From assembly GCA_022826745.1 (NCBI GenBank), contig JAJDUI010000026.1:22458-86457 (forward strand): a stretch of DNA of 64,000 nucleotides, given 5' to 3'. The first letter of the stretch is position 1. Each line of letters opens with the position of its first letter. The position numbers and the translations under genes were made by a program. Of this stretch, positions 11,954 through 21,166 are shown one piece after another. This DNA comes from Thermoanaerobaculia bacterium. GTDB lineage: Bacteria; Acidobacteriota; Thermoanaerobaculia; Multivoradales; Multivoraceae. Below the pieces are notes generated by a model. That model saw only the letters and a list, made by a program, of their open reading frames with translations, was not told the DNA's origin and did no database searches.

Positions 11954-12994
11954 TTACAGCCGTCGGGTCAGAGCCTCGGACAGGCGTTCGCCAAGGTAGT
12001 TCACCAGGGGCACCATCCGCGGATACTCCATGCGCGCCGGCCCGACGACCGCGACCGATCCGGCGACGCCGTCGCCCGCCTTGTAGCTCCGCACGACCAG
12101 ACCGAAGCCCAGCTCCTCGGTCAGCCTCGAATCCTGGCCCAGGACCACCCGCACGCCGTCCGCGTCGAGGCAGCGGTTGAGCAGACCGGCCAGCCGGGCG
12201 CGCTCGGCGAACATCTGGAACATCCCCTCGATCCGCGACATGCCGGGCCCCGCATCGAACAGGCTGTGTGTCCCGTCCACCACGAGCGAAGGTGCATGGC
12301 CGATGTTCATGCCGTCCCGGGCAAGCTCGATCGCCCGCCGCAGCAGCTCGTCGAGCCGTGCGCGCTCGTCGCTCATCAGCCGCAGCAGCTCTTCCCGGAT
12401 CTCGAAGAGGGTCCGTCCGCTGTAGTTCTCGGTCAGGTAGTTCGAAATGCGCACGAGGTCCTCGCGCGGGATCGGCTCGTCCGTGACGACGAGCTTGTTC
12501 TCGACGAAGCCTGTCTCGGCGACCACCACGCAGAGCACCTTCCGACCGCTGAGCGGCACGAACTCGATCGCCTTCATCACCGCCGAACCGAGGGCGGGTG
12601 TAAGGACGACGCCGACGTGGTGGGAGAGCTGCGACAGCAGCCTCGACGTCTCCTCGGTCAGTTCCTGGCCGGTACTCCCGGCGGTCGTCAGCCGATCGTC
12701 GATCAGCCGCCGGTCGTCGTCGCTCACCACCTGCGCCGACATCAGGTCGTCGATGAAGAGGTGGAAGCCGGCCTCGGTCGGCAGCCGACCCGCCGAGACG
12801 TGCGGCTGGCGCAGGTAGCCCATGTCCTCCAGGTCCGCCATCACGTTGCGGATCGTGGCGGCGGACAATTGGATCTGGCGGTCCTTGGCGACCCTCCGCG
12901 AGGACACGGGTTCACCCGACGAAAGATACGTCTGGATCACCTCCCGCAGAATCTCGCGGTCCCGGTCGCTGAGCTGGTCGTTGACGCGGCTCAT
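11954..12994 (-). CDS. hrcA: heat-inducible transcription repressor HrcA
   Basis: 346 aa. N-terminus LSDRDREILREVIQTYLSSGEPVSSRRVAKD... is a winged HTH, followed by the HrcA C-terminal domain. Confidence 0.9.
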   Translation of the reverse strand: MSRVNDQLSDRDREILREVIQTYLSSGEPVSSRRVAKDRQIQLSAATIRNVMADLEDMGYLRQPHVSAGRLPTEAGFHLFIDDLMSAQVVSDDDRRLIDDRLTTAGSTGQELTEETSRLLSQLSHHVGVVLTPALGSAVMKAIEFVPLSGRKVLCVVVAETGFVENKLVVTDEPIPREDLVRISNYLTENYSGRTLFEIREELLRLMSDERARLDELLRRAIELARDGMNIGHAPSLVVDGTHSLFDAGPGMSRIEGMFQMFAERARLAGLLNRCLDADGVRVVLGQDSRLTEELGFGLVVRSYKAGDGVAGSVAVVGPARMEYPRMVPLVNYLGERLSEALTRRL

Positions 12995-13035
12995 GGGAGC
13001 GGCATTCTACCCGGTGGTAGCGTTCCGGGGTCGGC

Positions 13036-13500
13036 ATGAGATGTCCATTCTGCGGCGCCAACGATGACCGCGTGGTCGACTCGCGCGACGTGCGTGGCGG
13101 GGAGACGGTCCGGCGCCGGCGGGAGTGCCTGAACTGCGGCCGCAGGTTCACTTCCTACGAGCAGATCGAGAACATCGCCTACCGGGTCGTCAAGTCGGAC
13201 GGCCGCCGGCAGGAGTTCGACCGGCAGAAGCTTCTCGGCGGCCTCCTCAAGGCCTGCGAAAAGCGGCCGGTCGGCCTGCCGGCGCTGGAAGAGATCGTCG
13301 ACGAGGCCGAAGCCCTGCTCCACCGCAAGGAGGACCGGGAGATTTCCACCTCGGAGCTGGGCAACTTCGTCATCGACCGCCTGAAGACGCTCGACCAGGT
13401 GGCCTACGTCCGCTTCGCCTCCGTCTACCGGAAGTTCGAGGACGTGGACGAGTTCATGGAAGAGCTGCGGGTACTCCTCGAAGCGTCGCGGAAGGACTAG
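13036..13500 (+). CDS. nrdR: transcriptional repressor NrdR
   Basis: MRCPFCGANDDRVVDSRDVRGGETVRRRRECLNCGRRFTSYE zinc ribbon followed by an ATP-cone. Divergent from hrcA. Confidence 0.93.
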   Translation: MRCPFCGANDDRVVDSRDVRGGETVRRRRECLNCGRRFTSYEQIENIAYRVVKSDGRRQEFDRQKLLGGLLKACEKRPVGLPALEEIVDEAEALLHRKEDREISTSELGNFVIDRLKTLDQVAYVRFASVYRKFEDVDEFMEELRVLLEASRKD

Positions 13501-13555
13501 AACCGGGCATCCGCAGACCGTCCCCGAGCGCTTCCGGGGCTGGTAGCGTGACCCC

Positions 13556-15952
13556 ATGGCCCAGAACCCGGTCGATGAGCAGGCGGACGCGATCCTGCTG
13601 CCCGACGTCCTGCCGGTGCTGCCGCTCAAGGACGCGGTCATCTTCCCCTACATCATCCTGCCGCTTTCGATCAGCCGCGACCCGAGCATGCTCGCGGTCG
13701 AGGACGCGCTGAACGGCGACCGGGTCATCCTGCTCGCCCCCCAGCGCGACGGGTCGATCGAGGAGCCCGGGGAGGACGACCTCCACGAGATCGGCACCGC
13801 CGCCCAGATCATGCGGATGCTGAAGCTGCCCGACGGCCGGGTGCGGATCCTGATCCAGGGTCTCGCCAGGGCCCGCCTGCGCTATCTGAGCCAGACCGAG
13901 CCCTTCCTTCGAGCCCGTGTCGAGGAGATGGATGAGACCGGCGAACCTCACCACGGGCTCGAGTCGGAAGCCCTGGTGCGCAGCGTCAAGGAGGGTCTCG
14001 AGACGGCCGTCAACCTGGGCAAGGACATCTCCTCCGAGGTCATGGTGATCGCCGCGAATCTCGATCACCCGGGCCGGCTGGCGGATCTGGCGGCCAGCAA
14101 CCTCGACCTGCGGGCGGACGAAGCCCAGCTCGTGCTGGAGACGACACCGCCGATCCAGCGGCTGCGGAAGGTGGGCGACCTGCTGACCCGGGAGATCGAG
14201 CTCCTCAGCATGCAGCAGCGCATCTCCGCCCAGGCCCGGAGCGAGATGGACCGCAGCCAGCGCGAGTACTTCCTGCGCCAGCAGCAACGCGCGATTCTGG
14301 ACGAGCTTGGCGAGGGCGACGACCTCCACGGAGACATCCAGAGGTACGTGCAAGCCATCGAGGAGAAGGGACTGAGCGAGGAGGCGGCCGCCGAAGTCGA
14401 GCGCCAGGTGAGACGGCTCGAGCGAAGCTCCCCCGACAGCGCCGAGAACGCGACGATCCGCACCCATCTCGACTGGCTGACCGGCCTCCCGTGGGCGACC
14501 CTGAGCGAGGATCGAATCGACCTCGACCGGGCCCGCGGCGTGCTCGACGAGGATCACTACGACCTGGACCGGGTCAAGGAGCGGATTCTCGAGTACCTGG
14601 CGGTCAGGCGGCTCAAGCCCGACGCCAAGGGTCCGATCCTCTGCCTGGTCGGTCCGCCGGGGGTCGGCAAGACGTCGCTCGGCCGTTCCATCGCGCGCGC
14701 GATCGACCGCAAGTTCGTTCGCATTTCGCTCGGCGGCGTCCGCGACGAAGGGGAGATCCGCGGCCACCGGCGCACATACGTCGGTTCGTTGCCGGGTCGC
14801 ATCATTCAGGGCCTGAATCAGGCCGGAACCGGCAATCCCGTCTTCATGCTCGACGAGATCGACAAGCTGGGCGCCGACTACCGGGGCGATCCCGCTTCCG
14901 CGCTGCTGGAGGTACTGGATCCCGAGCAGAACTCGACCTTCAGGGACCACTACCTGGGAGTCGAGTACGACCTTTCACGCGTGCTGTTCATCGCAACGGC
15001 CAATCTGCTCGAGCCCATTCAGCCCGCCTTCCTCGATCGCCTCGAGGTGCTGCGACTCTCCGGCTACACCGAAGACGAAAAGGTGCTGATCGCGCGCCAG
15101 CACCTGTTACCGAAAGCCACGGACGAAAACGGTCTGCCGGCCGGCGCACTGACCATCACGACGCCCGCACTCCGCAGTCTCATTCGCGGCTACACGAAGG
15201 AGGCCGGCGTACGCAATCTCGAACGCGAACTCGCAACGCTCTGCCGGAAAGCGGCGGTACGCGTAGCGCGAGGAGATGGCCGCGAACTGAGAGTGACGCC
15301 GGCCCGGTTGAAGAACCTGATCGGACAACCGCGTCACTTCAGCGAGGAACTGCTGGACCGCGACCGGGTAGGCGTGGCGACCGGGCTCGCCTGGACCGCC
15401 TCCGGCGGAGATCTCATGCTGATCGAGGTCGCGGCGCCGAAGGGCAGAGGCAAGCTGATCCTCACGGGCCAACTCGGCGACGTCATGAAGGAATCGGCCC
15501 AGGCCGCGCTGAGTTGCGCCCGCACCACGTACGCCCCCGGTCCGGGCGGCGGAGGGCGTGATTTCTTCCGTAACCACGACCTTCACATTCATGTCCCCGC
15601 CGGTTCCGTGCCGAAAGACGGGCCGTCGGCGGGGGTCACGATTGCCGCGGCCATCGTCTCGGTCTGCAGCGGGCGCATGATCGATCACAAGGTCGCGATG
15701 ACCGGCGAGATCACGCTACGCGGCGAAGTGCTTCCGGTCGGCGGTCTCAAGGAGAAACTGCTGGCCGCGCGCGGCGCCGGAATTCGCAAGGTCGTCCTCC
15801 CGGAACGAAACCGGCGCGACCTTCCCGAGATACCCGCCGCGGTGACGCGAGGTCTCGAACTCCTGTTCGTCGAACACGTCGATCAGGTCCTGGAAGCCGC
15901 GCTGCTCGATCCGGAGCACGAGCGGTCATGGCCGGCGGCGAAGACCGGCTGA
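13556..15952 (+). CDS. lon: ATP-dependent Lon protease
   Basis: 798 aa. Lon N domain, AAA+ module [15 protein letters not shown], and a protease domain with [15 protein letters not shown] (catalytic Ser-Lys). Confidence 0.95.
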   Translation: MAQNPVDEQADAILLPDVLPVLPLKDAVIFPYIILPLSISRDPSMLAVEDALNGDRVILLAPQRDGSIEEPGEDDLHEIGTAAQIMRMLKLPDGRVRILIQGLARARLRYLSQTEPFLRARVEEMDETGEPHHGLESEALVRSVKEGLETAVNLGKDISSEVMVIAANLDHPGRLADLAASNLDLRADEAQLVLETTPPIQRLRKVGDLLTREIELLSMQQRISAQARSEMDRSQREYFLRQQQRAILDELGEGDDLHGDIQRYVQAIEEKGLSEEAAAEVERQVRRLERSSPDSAENATIRTHLDWLTGLPWATLSEDRIDLDRARGVLDEDHYDLDRVKERILEYLAVRRLKPDAKGPILCLVGPPGVGKTSLGRSIARAIDRKFVRISLGGVRDEGEIRGHRRTYVGSLPGRIIQGLNQAGTGNPVFMLDEIDKLGADYRGDPASALLEVLDPEQNSTFRDHYLGVEYDLSRVLFIATANLLEPIQPAFLDRLEVLRLSGYTEDEKVLIARQHLLPKATDENGLPAGALTITTPALRSLIRGYTKEAGVRNLERELATLCRKAAVRVARGDGRELRVTPARLKNLIGQPRHFSEELLDRDRVGVATGLAWTASGGDLMLIEVAAPKGRGKLILTGQLGDVMKESAQAALSCARTTYAPGPGGGGRDFFRNHDLHIHVPAGSVPKDGPSAGVTIAAAIVSVCSGRMIDHKVAMTGEITLRGEVLPVGGLKEKLLAARGAGIRKVVLPERNRRDLPEIPAAVTRGLELLFVEHVDQVLEAALLDPEHERSWPAAKTG

Positions 15953-16920
15953 TCGCCTGGCTCGCGGGCTTCGCGGGCGCCGGAGATCGAATCGGCGACG
16001 ATGCCGTACTGCTCACGCTCGGCGGACGGCAGTACGCGTTCAGCGTCGACACCCAGCGCGCCGGCGTCCACATTCCGGTCGATCTCGATCCCGCGGCCGC
16101 CGCCCGGCGACTGCTCGCCGTCAGTCTCTCGGATCTCGCCGCCACCGGCGCCGTACCGCGGTGGATGCTCGTAGCGCTCGGCATCGACGATGAGCACGTC
16201 GCCCGCCGTTTCCTCGCCGCCCTCGTCCGCGCCGGCCGCCGCTACGAAGTCGAACTGATCGGCGGCGACACGGCCAGGCCGACCACGCCGGGCCGGCTGG
16301 ACGCCAGTCTCACCGTGGTCGGCGAGATACCGGCGGATGGCGCCGCCCTGACCCGCGACGCCGCTCGCCCCGACGACCGGCTCTGGATCGGCGGGCCGAT
16401 CGGCGAGTCCGCCCTGGGACTTGAGCTGGTCCGCCTCGGCGCCCGGATCGCGGGGCGCCGCGCCAACCTGCCGGAGGGGCTACCCGACGGGCTGAGCCGC
16501 GTCGCCAGCCGGGTCCTTCGCCGCCATCTGGAACCGCGGCCGCAGCTCGATCTGGGCCTGCTGCTGGGCAGGCGGTCGCCGGCCGGCGCCGCGACCGACG
16601 TATCGGACGGCCTGGCCACGGACGCGGCGCGGCTCTGCCGGCGCAGCGGCGTCGGCTGCGAACTCGAGGAAGGGGCGCTCGCCCTCCGGGCAGACGCGCG
16701 CCGCCTGGCCGGCCACCTGGGCCGGGAGCCGCTCGAGCTGGTTCTGGGCGGGGGCGAGGACTATGTGCTTCTGTTCACCCTGCCGCCCGACGCCGACTCA
16801 CGCGATCCCGGGTGCCGGCCGATCGGCCGCATCACAACCCGGCCCGGCCTGAAACTGCGCCGGGTCGACGGAACGATCGAACCGCTCGCAACCGGCGGCT
16901 GGGACCACCTCAGCGATTGA
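15928..16920 (+). CDS. thiL: thiamine-monophosphate kinase
   Basis: PurM-like AIR synthase-related fold (DDAVLL..., FSVDTQRAGVHI, LSDLAATGAVPRWML, LIGGDT). Overlaps the 3' end of lon by 25 nt. Confidence 0.78.
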   Translation: MAGGEDRLIAWLAGFAGAGDRIGDDAVLLTLGGRQYAFSVDTQRAGVHIPVDLDPAAAARRLLAVSLSDLAATGAVPRWMLVALGIDDEHVARRFLAALVRAGRRYEVELIGGDTARPTTPGRLDASLTVVGEIPADGAALTRDAARPDDRLWIGGPIGESALGLELVRLGARIAGRRANLPEGLPDGLSRVASRVLRRHLEPRPQLDLGLLLGRRSPAGAATDVSDGLATDAARLCRRSGVGCELEEGALALRADARRLAGHLGREPLELVLGGGEDYVLLFTLPPDADSRDPGCRPIGRITTRPGLKLRRVDGTIEPLATGGWDHLSD

Positions 16921-17824
16921 GCGTGACGGTGATCGGCTGGTCCAGCTTCTGCAGCACCAGGCTGACCTGAGCCTCGAGCGCCGCCAGGCGCGCCTCCACG
17001 CTGCCGGCCGCCGCGGCCGCCGGCTGGCGCCGCACCTTGGCGGCCTTCGCCTTTCGCTTCCTCCGCACCGGCGCCTTCGTCACCTTGGCAACCTTGGCCT
17101 TCGGCTTCCGGCCGCGCCTGCTCTGGGAGCGGATCTCGTTGAAGACCGCCACCGCCTCCGGGTGGTAACGCCGCTTGCGGCCCTCGCCCTCGTGCGGTAT
17201 CCGGTCCCCGTACAACTTGAGGTAGCGCTGCAGCGTCGGACCGGAGATGCCCGTCTGCTGGCCGACCGCGGTAAGCGTCAGGAGCTTCGGAGCGGCGGGC
17301 CGAGCCTTCGCCGCCCGCGCCTTCCGCTTCTTCCGAGCCGGCGACTTCGCCGCCGGCGCCGCCTTCGGCTTGCGGCCCGGCTTGCTCTCCGCACGAAGCT
17401 CGCGGAACACCGCCACGGAATCCGGGTGATAACGCCGCTTGCGGCCCTCACCCTCGTGCGGTATCCGATCGCCGAACAGCCGAACGTAACGCTGCAACGT
17501 CGGATAGGAGATCTTCGTCTGCTGGCTGATGCTGGACAGCGTCAACAGGGAGGGACCGCCAGCCGCGGCCTTCGCCTGGGTTCCTGCCGCTTTCGTCGCA
17601 GCCTTCTTCTTCCCCCGCCGCTTCGTTGACCGTTCGCTCTTGAGCGCCTTGAACTCCCGGACGGCCGCGACCGGATATCGCTGCCTGCGCCCCGTTCCCT
17701 CGGACGAAATCCGGTCCTGGTACAGCTTCTTGTACCGCAGCGCCGTCGCCATCGACACACCGGCCCGACGGGCGACTTCGCCCAACGTCAACAGTTTCTT
17801 TCTTCCAGCAGCCGCTGCACTCAC
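16910..17824 (-). CDS. DNA-binding protein with three tandem MerR-type HTH modules separated by K/A/R-rich AT-hook-like linkers
   Basis: Modules LLTLGEVARRAGVSMATALRYKKLYQDRI.., LLTLSSISQQTKISYPTLQRYVRLFGDRIPHEGEGRKRRYHPDSVAVFRELR and LLTLTAVGQQTGISGPTLQRYLKLYGDRIPHEGEGRKRRYHPEAVAVFNEIR. Linkers contain PGRKPKA and RRGRKPKAK motifs. GTG start with SD AAGGAG 6 nt upstream. Confidence 0.7.
   Translation of the reverse strand: MSAAAAGRKKLLTLGEVARRAGVSMATALRYKKLYQDRISSEGTGRRQRYPVAAVREFKALKSERSTKRRGKKKAATKAAGTQAKAAAGGPSLLTLSSISQQTKISYPTLQRYVRLFGDRIPHEGEGRKRRYHPDSVAVFRELRAESKPGRKPKAAPAAKSPARKKRKARAAKARPAAPKLLTLTAVGQQTGISGPTLQRYLKLYGDRIPHEGEGRKRRYHPEAVAVFNEIRSQSRRGRKPKAKVAKVTKAPVRRKRKAKAAKVRRQPAAAAAGSVEARLAALEAQVSLVLQKLDQPITVTLNR
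17120..17800 (-). repeat. three ~264-bp intragenic tandem repeats, each encoding one HTH module
   Basis: Nucleotide self-similarity, e.g. 17161-17205 versus 17423-17467 (ggtg[g/a]taacgccgcttgcggccctc[g/a]ccctcgtgcggtatccg). Repeats 2 and 3 are roughly 75-80% identical and repeat 1 is more diverged. Confidence 0.7.
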
Positions 17825-17878
17825 GAAGTTCTCCTTGCGCCGCCCTGTGGCGCTCCGTTCGTTCCCTTACAGGAAGAT

Positions 17879-17894
17879 CACAATCGAAGCGCCA
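17879..17894 (-). promoter_or_regulatory. candidate sigma-54 (-24/-12)-like element upstream of the triple-HTH gene
   Basis: Minus-strand TGGCGC-ttcga-TTGTG versus consensus TGGCAC-N5-TTGCA. Spacing is correct and the GG is present, but the conserved -12 GC is GT. Lies between the stop of the adjacent sigma-54 activator gene and the GTG start, about 55 nt upstream of the start. Overlaps the inverted repeat GTGGCGCT(17847-17854)/AGCGCCAC(17888-17895). Confidence 0.2.
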
Positions 17895-17938
17895 CGATAG
17901 CAGAAGACAGGAACCGACGGCCCGTAACGGGAGAAAGA

Positions 17939-20900
17939 TCAGTCTTCCGTCAGAGGCTCGTAGTTGAGCTTTCGCACCAGATACGACAGGGCCTGCCGGC
18001 TGATGCCTAGAGCGCGGGCCGCCCTGGCCTGATTGCCGCCGGACTCTTCGAGCGCCTTGCCGATCAGCCGACGCCGGTATTGCTCCATCTTCCAGTGGTA
18101 GCCGCTTTGTTGAGGCCCGGCTTCCTCGACCGGCTCTTCCGGCAGTCCGAGCATGTCAACGGAAATCTCCGGACCCTCGGCAAGCGCCACGGCGCCATCG
18201 ATAGCGTTCTTCAACTCTCTGACGTTGCCGGGCCAGGAGTAGTTGCGAATCCTCGCGCGTGCCTCGTTGCTGAACTTCAGGTCCTGTCCAAGCGCGCCGG
18301 ACGTCTCCAGGAAGTGGTGCGCAAGCAACATCACGTCCCCTTCGCGATCACGTAACGGTGGTGCCTCCACATACGCTACCCTGAGGCGGTAGTAGAGATC
18401 CTGGCGGAACGCGCCGGCCTTCACCATTCCTGCGAGGTCCTTGTGGGTCGCGGAGACGAGCCGGAAATCGAGCCGCCGCGTCCGGCTCTCACCGACGCGT
18501 CGCATCTCGCCCTCCTGCAACAGGCGCAGGAGCATGCCCTGCGCCGCCCACGGCAATTCTCCGATCTCGTCGAGAAACACGGTACCGCCGTCCGCGCTCT
18601 CGAACACTCCCACCCGATCACTGTCGGCGCCGGTGAACGCACCCCGACGGTGGCCGAACAGGTCGGACAGAAGCAGGCCGTCAGGCAGCGCCGCGCAGTT
18701 CACCGCCAACCAGGGCCGGGAGGCCCGGGCGCTCGACCGGTGGAGCTGGCGCGCCAGGAGTTCCTTGCCGGTCCCCGACTCGCCGAGAATCAACACCGGC
18801 AGATCGTGGGCCGCGAACTTGTCGATCCGGGCCTGAACGTCCAGCAGAGCCTTGCTCTTCCCCACCATGCCGGTGGTGGCGGCCCTCCTGGGCTCCGCGA
18901 GTTCGGAGGCCCCGCGCCGGCGGCGCGGCGAGGCCGAAAGCCGGGTCGCGACCGCGGCCGCCAACGCCCGGGCAGGTTCATCGATTCCCTTCGCGCTGAG
19001 CACGAGTCGTCCCGCCGCCGCGTCGACCGCGAACCGGTCGCCGCCGCCTGGACCCTGGAGCAGGACTTCCCCGCTTGCATCCAGAGAGCCAAAGCCTCCC
19101 GCGGTGCCATGAACCGCGAGTCGGGCCTCCGGATGACCGGCCGCGGCCATCAGGATCCGATAGGCGTCCGCATCGGGGTCGGGCGTGGCCAGAAAGAGCC
19201 GAAGAGCCCGCCAGGGACCGATGCGCGCGCCATCCACACGCTGGACGAGCGCTTCAGCGCCGGCGGCCGAGAGGATGCGCACGGCGCTGGCCACCAGTTC
19301 CACGGGAACCGTTTCGACCTCGAGACAGACCAGGTCGTGAACAGTGAGCGCGGCGCGGAAGGGGCCTTGCGCCTCGACCTGCCGCCAGTCCGCGGCGCTC
19401 GGTGACCGCTTCTCGCCGACCGCCCCCCAGAGTCCCTCCTGTGCAGCGCCGACCGCGACCGCGCGCGCCTCGTCGCGGAGTCCGGCAAGCAGCAGCAGGG
19501 GCGACAGGTCGTCCACTTCCGCCGGCGTCCAGGCAACGATGGGACGTTCGAGCGCCTCCGAGAGTTCCTCCACCGCCTCCTCGCCACGTCCGAGCTGAAC
19601 CAGGGCACGAGCCGAGAGCAGGCGCAGCGAGCGGAGCTGACGCCACCCCGTTCGCCTCCCGCGCAGATTCTCCAGGGCGGTTTCGCAGCACTCCAGCACC
19701 GATTCCCAGCGTCCCAAAGACACGAAGAGACGCGCTTCGAGCAGGCGCGCCTCCACGACTCCGGGGGCGCTGCCCGCCATCAGGCTCTCCCGGCGCAGAT
19801 TCTCGATCGTCTCGGGGACTCCCGTAAACCGTCCGGTCCGAATCCGGATCTCCGACAGCTTCCCGTGCGCGGCGGCTCTCCCGGCAGGTCCATCGCAACG
19901 CCGGAACAGGCTCACCGCGATGTGCGCCGCGCGCTCGGCGGCGGCGAAGTCGTTCACGGCCAGTCGAACCGTCGCCAACTCGTTCCACAGGAGAGCGCGC
20001 TCGTACACGGGAAGACGCTCCCTGAGGCGCCTGAGACCGACAGCCAGCAATCGTTCCGCCTCACTGAACCGGCCGTTCGCCGAAGCGAGCCGAGCCCTCG
20101 CCAGGACCTCCATCCACTGGTCCGGCTCCCCAACCGCGGGTTCCAGCAGGCTGGCCATTGCGTCAAGCTCGCCGAGCTCCCACTTCGCCAGCGCGCACAG
20201 GACTCGACCGTGCGCCGCCCGGGGACCGATCGTGGCATCCAGCACCCTCTCCGACCAGCTTCCAATCTGATCCGAACGCCCCGCAGCCGCCTGGATTCCA
20301 ATCGCCAGTTCGCACTGTTCCAGTGCGCGCCGACCCGAGAGCGACCGGTTCTCCAACATGCTCAGACTGCGGCGCGCGGCAACCGTCCGACCTAGCCGAA
20401 GCTGAGCCCGGAGGCGCACCAGGATGTCGTCTGTTCGCCTGGAGTCCTTCACCAGCCTCAGAGCGGCCTCGAAGCGGCCGTCTTCGAGGAGGAGGCGCGC
20501 CAGCGCCGACCGGTCCTCCGGCGCGTCGGGCGGCGGGGACTCGGAGTCGGCATCTCTGACACGTTGCCAGTACGACCGCGCCGCATCGCCGCCCGCAACG
20601 ATGCGGCGGCCTTCGCCGCCGTCCATGCCCGCCAGAATCCGCCGCCACCGGGACTGCCCGGCAACAGCCACCCGCTCGCCGTCCCGATCCTCCAGGACCG
20701 CGAAGAGGGAGGCGCGCGCGGCTTTGAACTTCTGACCCAACAGAAAGGGCGCCCGAGCCAGAATGTCGGCAACCATCCGGTTTCCGGACACAGGCAGCAG
20801 TTCGTCTCGCCAGGTCTCGAAGAGGGGCCGAAGCACCGCCCGTACAGAGCTTCGACCGGGGGCGCTCTCGCTTCCGAACAGGAGCACGACGAGTTGCCTC

Positions 20901-21166
20901 AACAGGGCCTGTGGCAGCCGGTCGTCACGCACGGGCTGCACCGACGCCGGGGGAATCCGGAGGACGCCCTCAGCATCGACACGAAGCTCCTGCCAGGCCT
21001 CGAGCCGCCACCCGGCCGCCCGTACATGAGCCAGCAGGGCCGCGCCCTGAAGCAGGAACGCGGCCCGATCGCGGTCTGTCGCGACGATCTCGTTCAGATC
21101 GGTAGCCCCCGTGCCCTTGGGAACCGGTTGAAGCGACTGGTGACGGATGCGAAGAATGCGTGTCAT
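17939..21166 (-). CDS. sigma-54-dependent transcriptional activator with ~700-aa TPR-like N-terminal domain
   Basis: C-terminus carries an AAA+ sigma-54 interaction domain (LILGESGTGKELLARQLH, GAFTGA, ESADGGTVFLDEIGELP, NVRELKNAI) and a Fis-type HTH (QARAARALGISRQALSYLVRKL). The N-terminal 700 aa is helical repeats. No receiver domain. Confidence 0.85.
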   Translation of the reverse strand: MTRILRIRHQSLQPVPKGTGATDLNEIVATDRDRAAFLLQGAALLAHVRAAGWRLEAWQELRVDAEGVLRIPPASVQPVRDDRLPQALLRQLVVLLFGSESAPGRSSVRAVLRPLFETWRDELLPVSGNRMVADILARAPFLLGQKFKAARASLFAVLEDRDGERVAVAGQSRWRRILAGMDGGEGRRIVAGGDAARSYWQRVRDADSESPPPDAPEDRSALARLLLEDGRFEAALRLVKDSRRTDDILVRLRAQLRLGRTVAARRSLSMLENRSLSGRRALEQCELAIGIQAAAGRSDQIGSWSERVLDATIGPRAAHGRVLCALAKWELGELDAMASLLEPAVGEPDQWMEVLARARLASANGRFSEAERLLAVGLRRLRERLPVYERALLWNELATVRLAVNDFAAAERAAHIAVSLFRRCDGPAGRAAAHGKLSEIRIRTGRFTGVPETIENLRRESLMAGSAPGVVEARLLEARLFVSLGRWESVLECCETALENLRGRRTGWRQLRSLRLLSARALVQLGRGEEAVEELSEALERPIVAWTPAEVDDLSPLLLLAGLRDEARAVAVGAAQEGLWGAVGEKRSPSAADWRQVEAQGPFRAALTVHDLVCLEVETVPVELVASAVRILSAAGAEALVQRVDGARIGPWRALRLFLATPDPDADAYRILMAAAGHPEARLAVHGTAGGFGSLDASGEVLLQGPGGGDRFAVDAAAGRLVLSAKGIDEPARALAAAVATRLSASPRRRRGASELAEPRRAATTGMVGKSKALLDVQARIDKFAAHDLPVLILGESGTGKELLARQLHRSSARASRPWLAVNCAALPDGLLLSDLFGHRRGAFTGADSDRVGVFESADGGTVFLDEIGELPWAAQGMLLRLLQEGEMRRVGESRTRRLDFRLVSATHKDLAGMVKAGAFRQDLYYRLRVAYVEAPPLRDREGDVMLLAHHFLETSGALGQDLKFSNEARARIRNYSWPGNVRELKNAIDGAVALAEGPEISVDMLGLPEEPVEEAGPQQSGYHWKMEQYRRRLIGKALEESGGNQARAARALGISRQALSYLVRKLNYEPLTED

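Noticed and set aside
12995-13035. CIRCE element expected upstream of hrcA-grpE-dnaJ
   Set aside because: The 41-bp divergent hrcA-nrdR spacer contains no TTAGCACTC/GAGTGCTAA-like inverted repeat.
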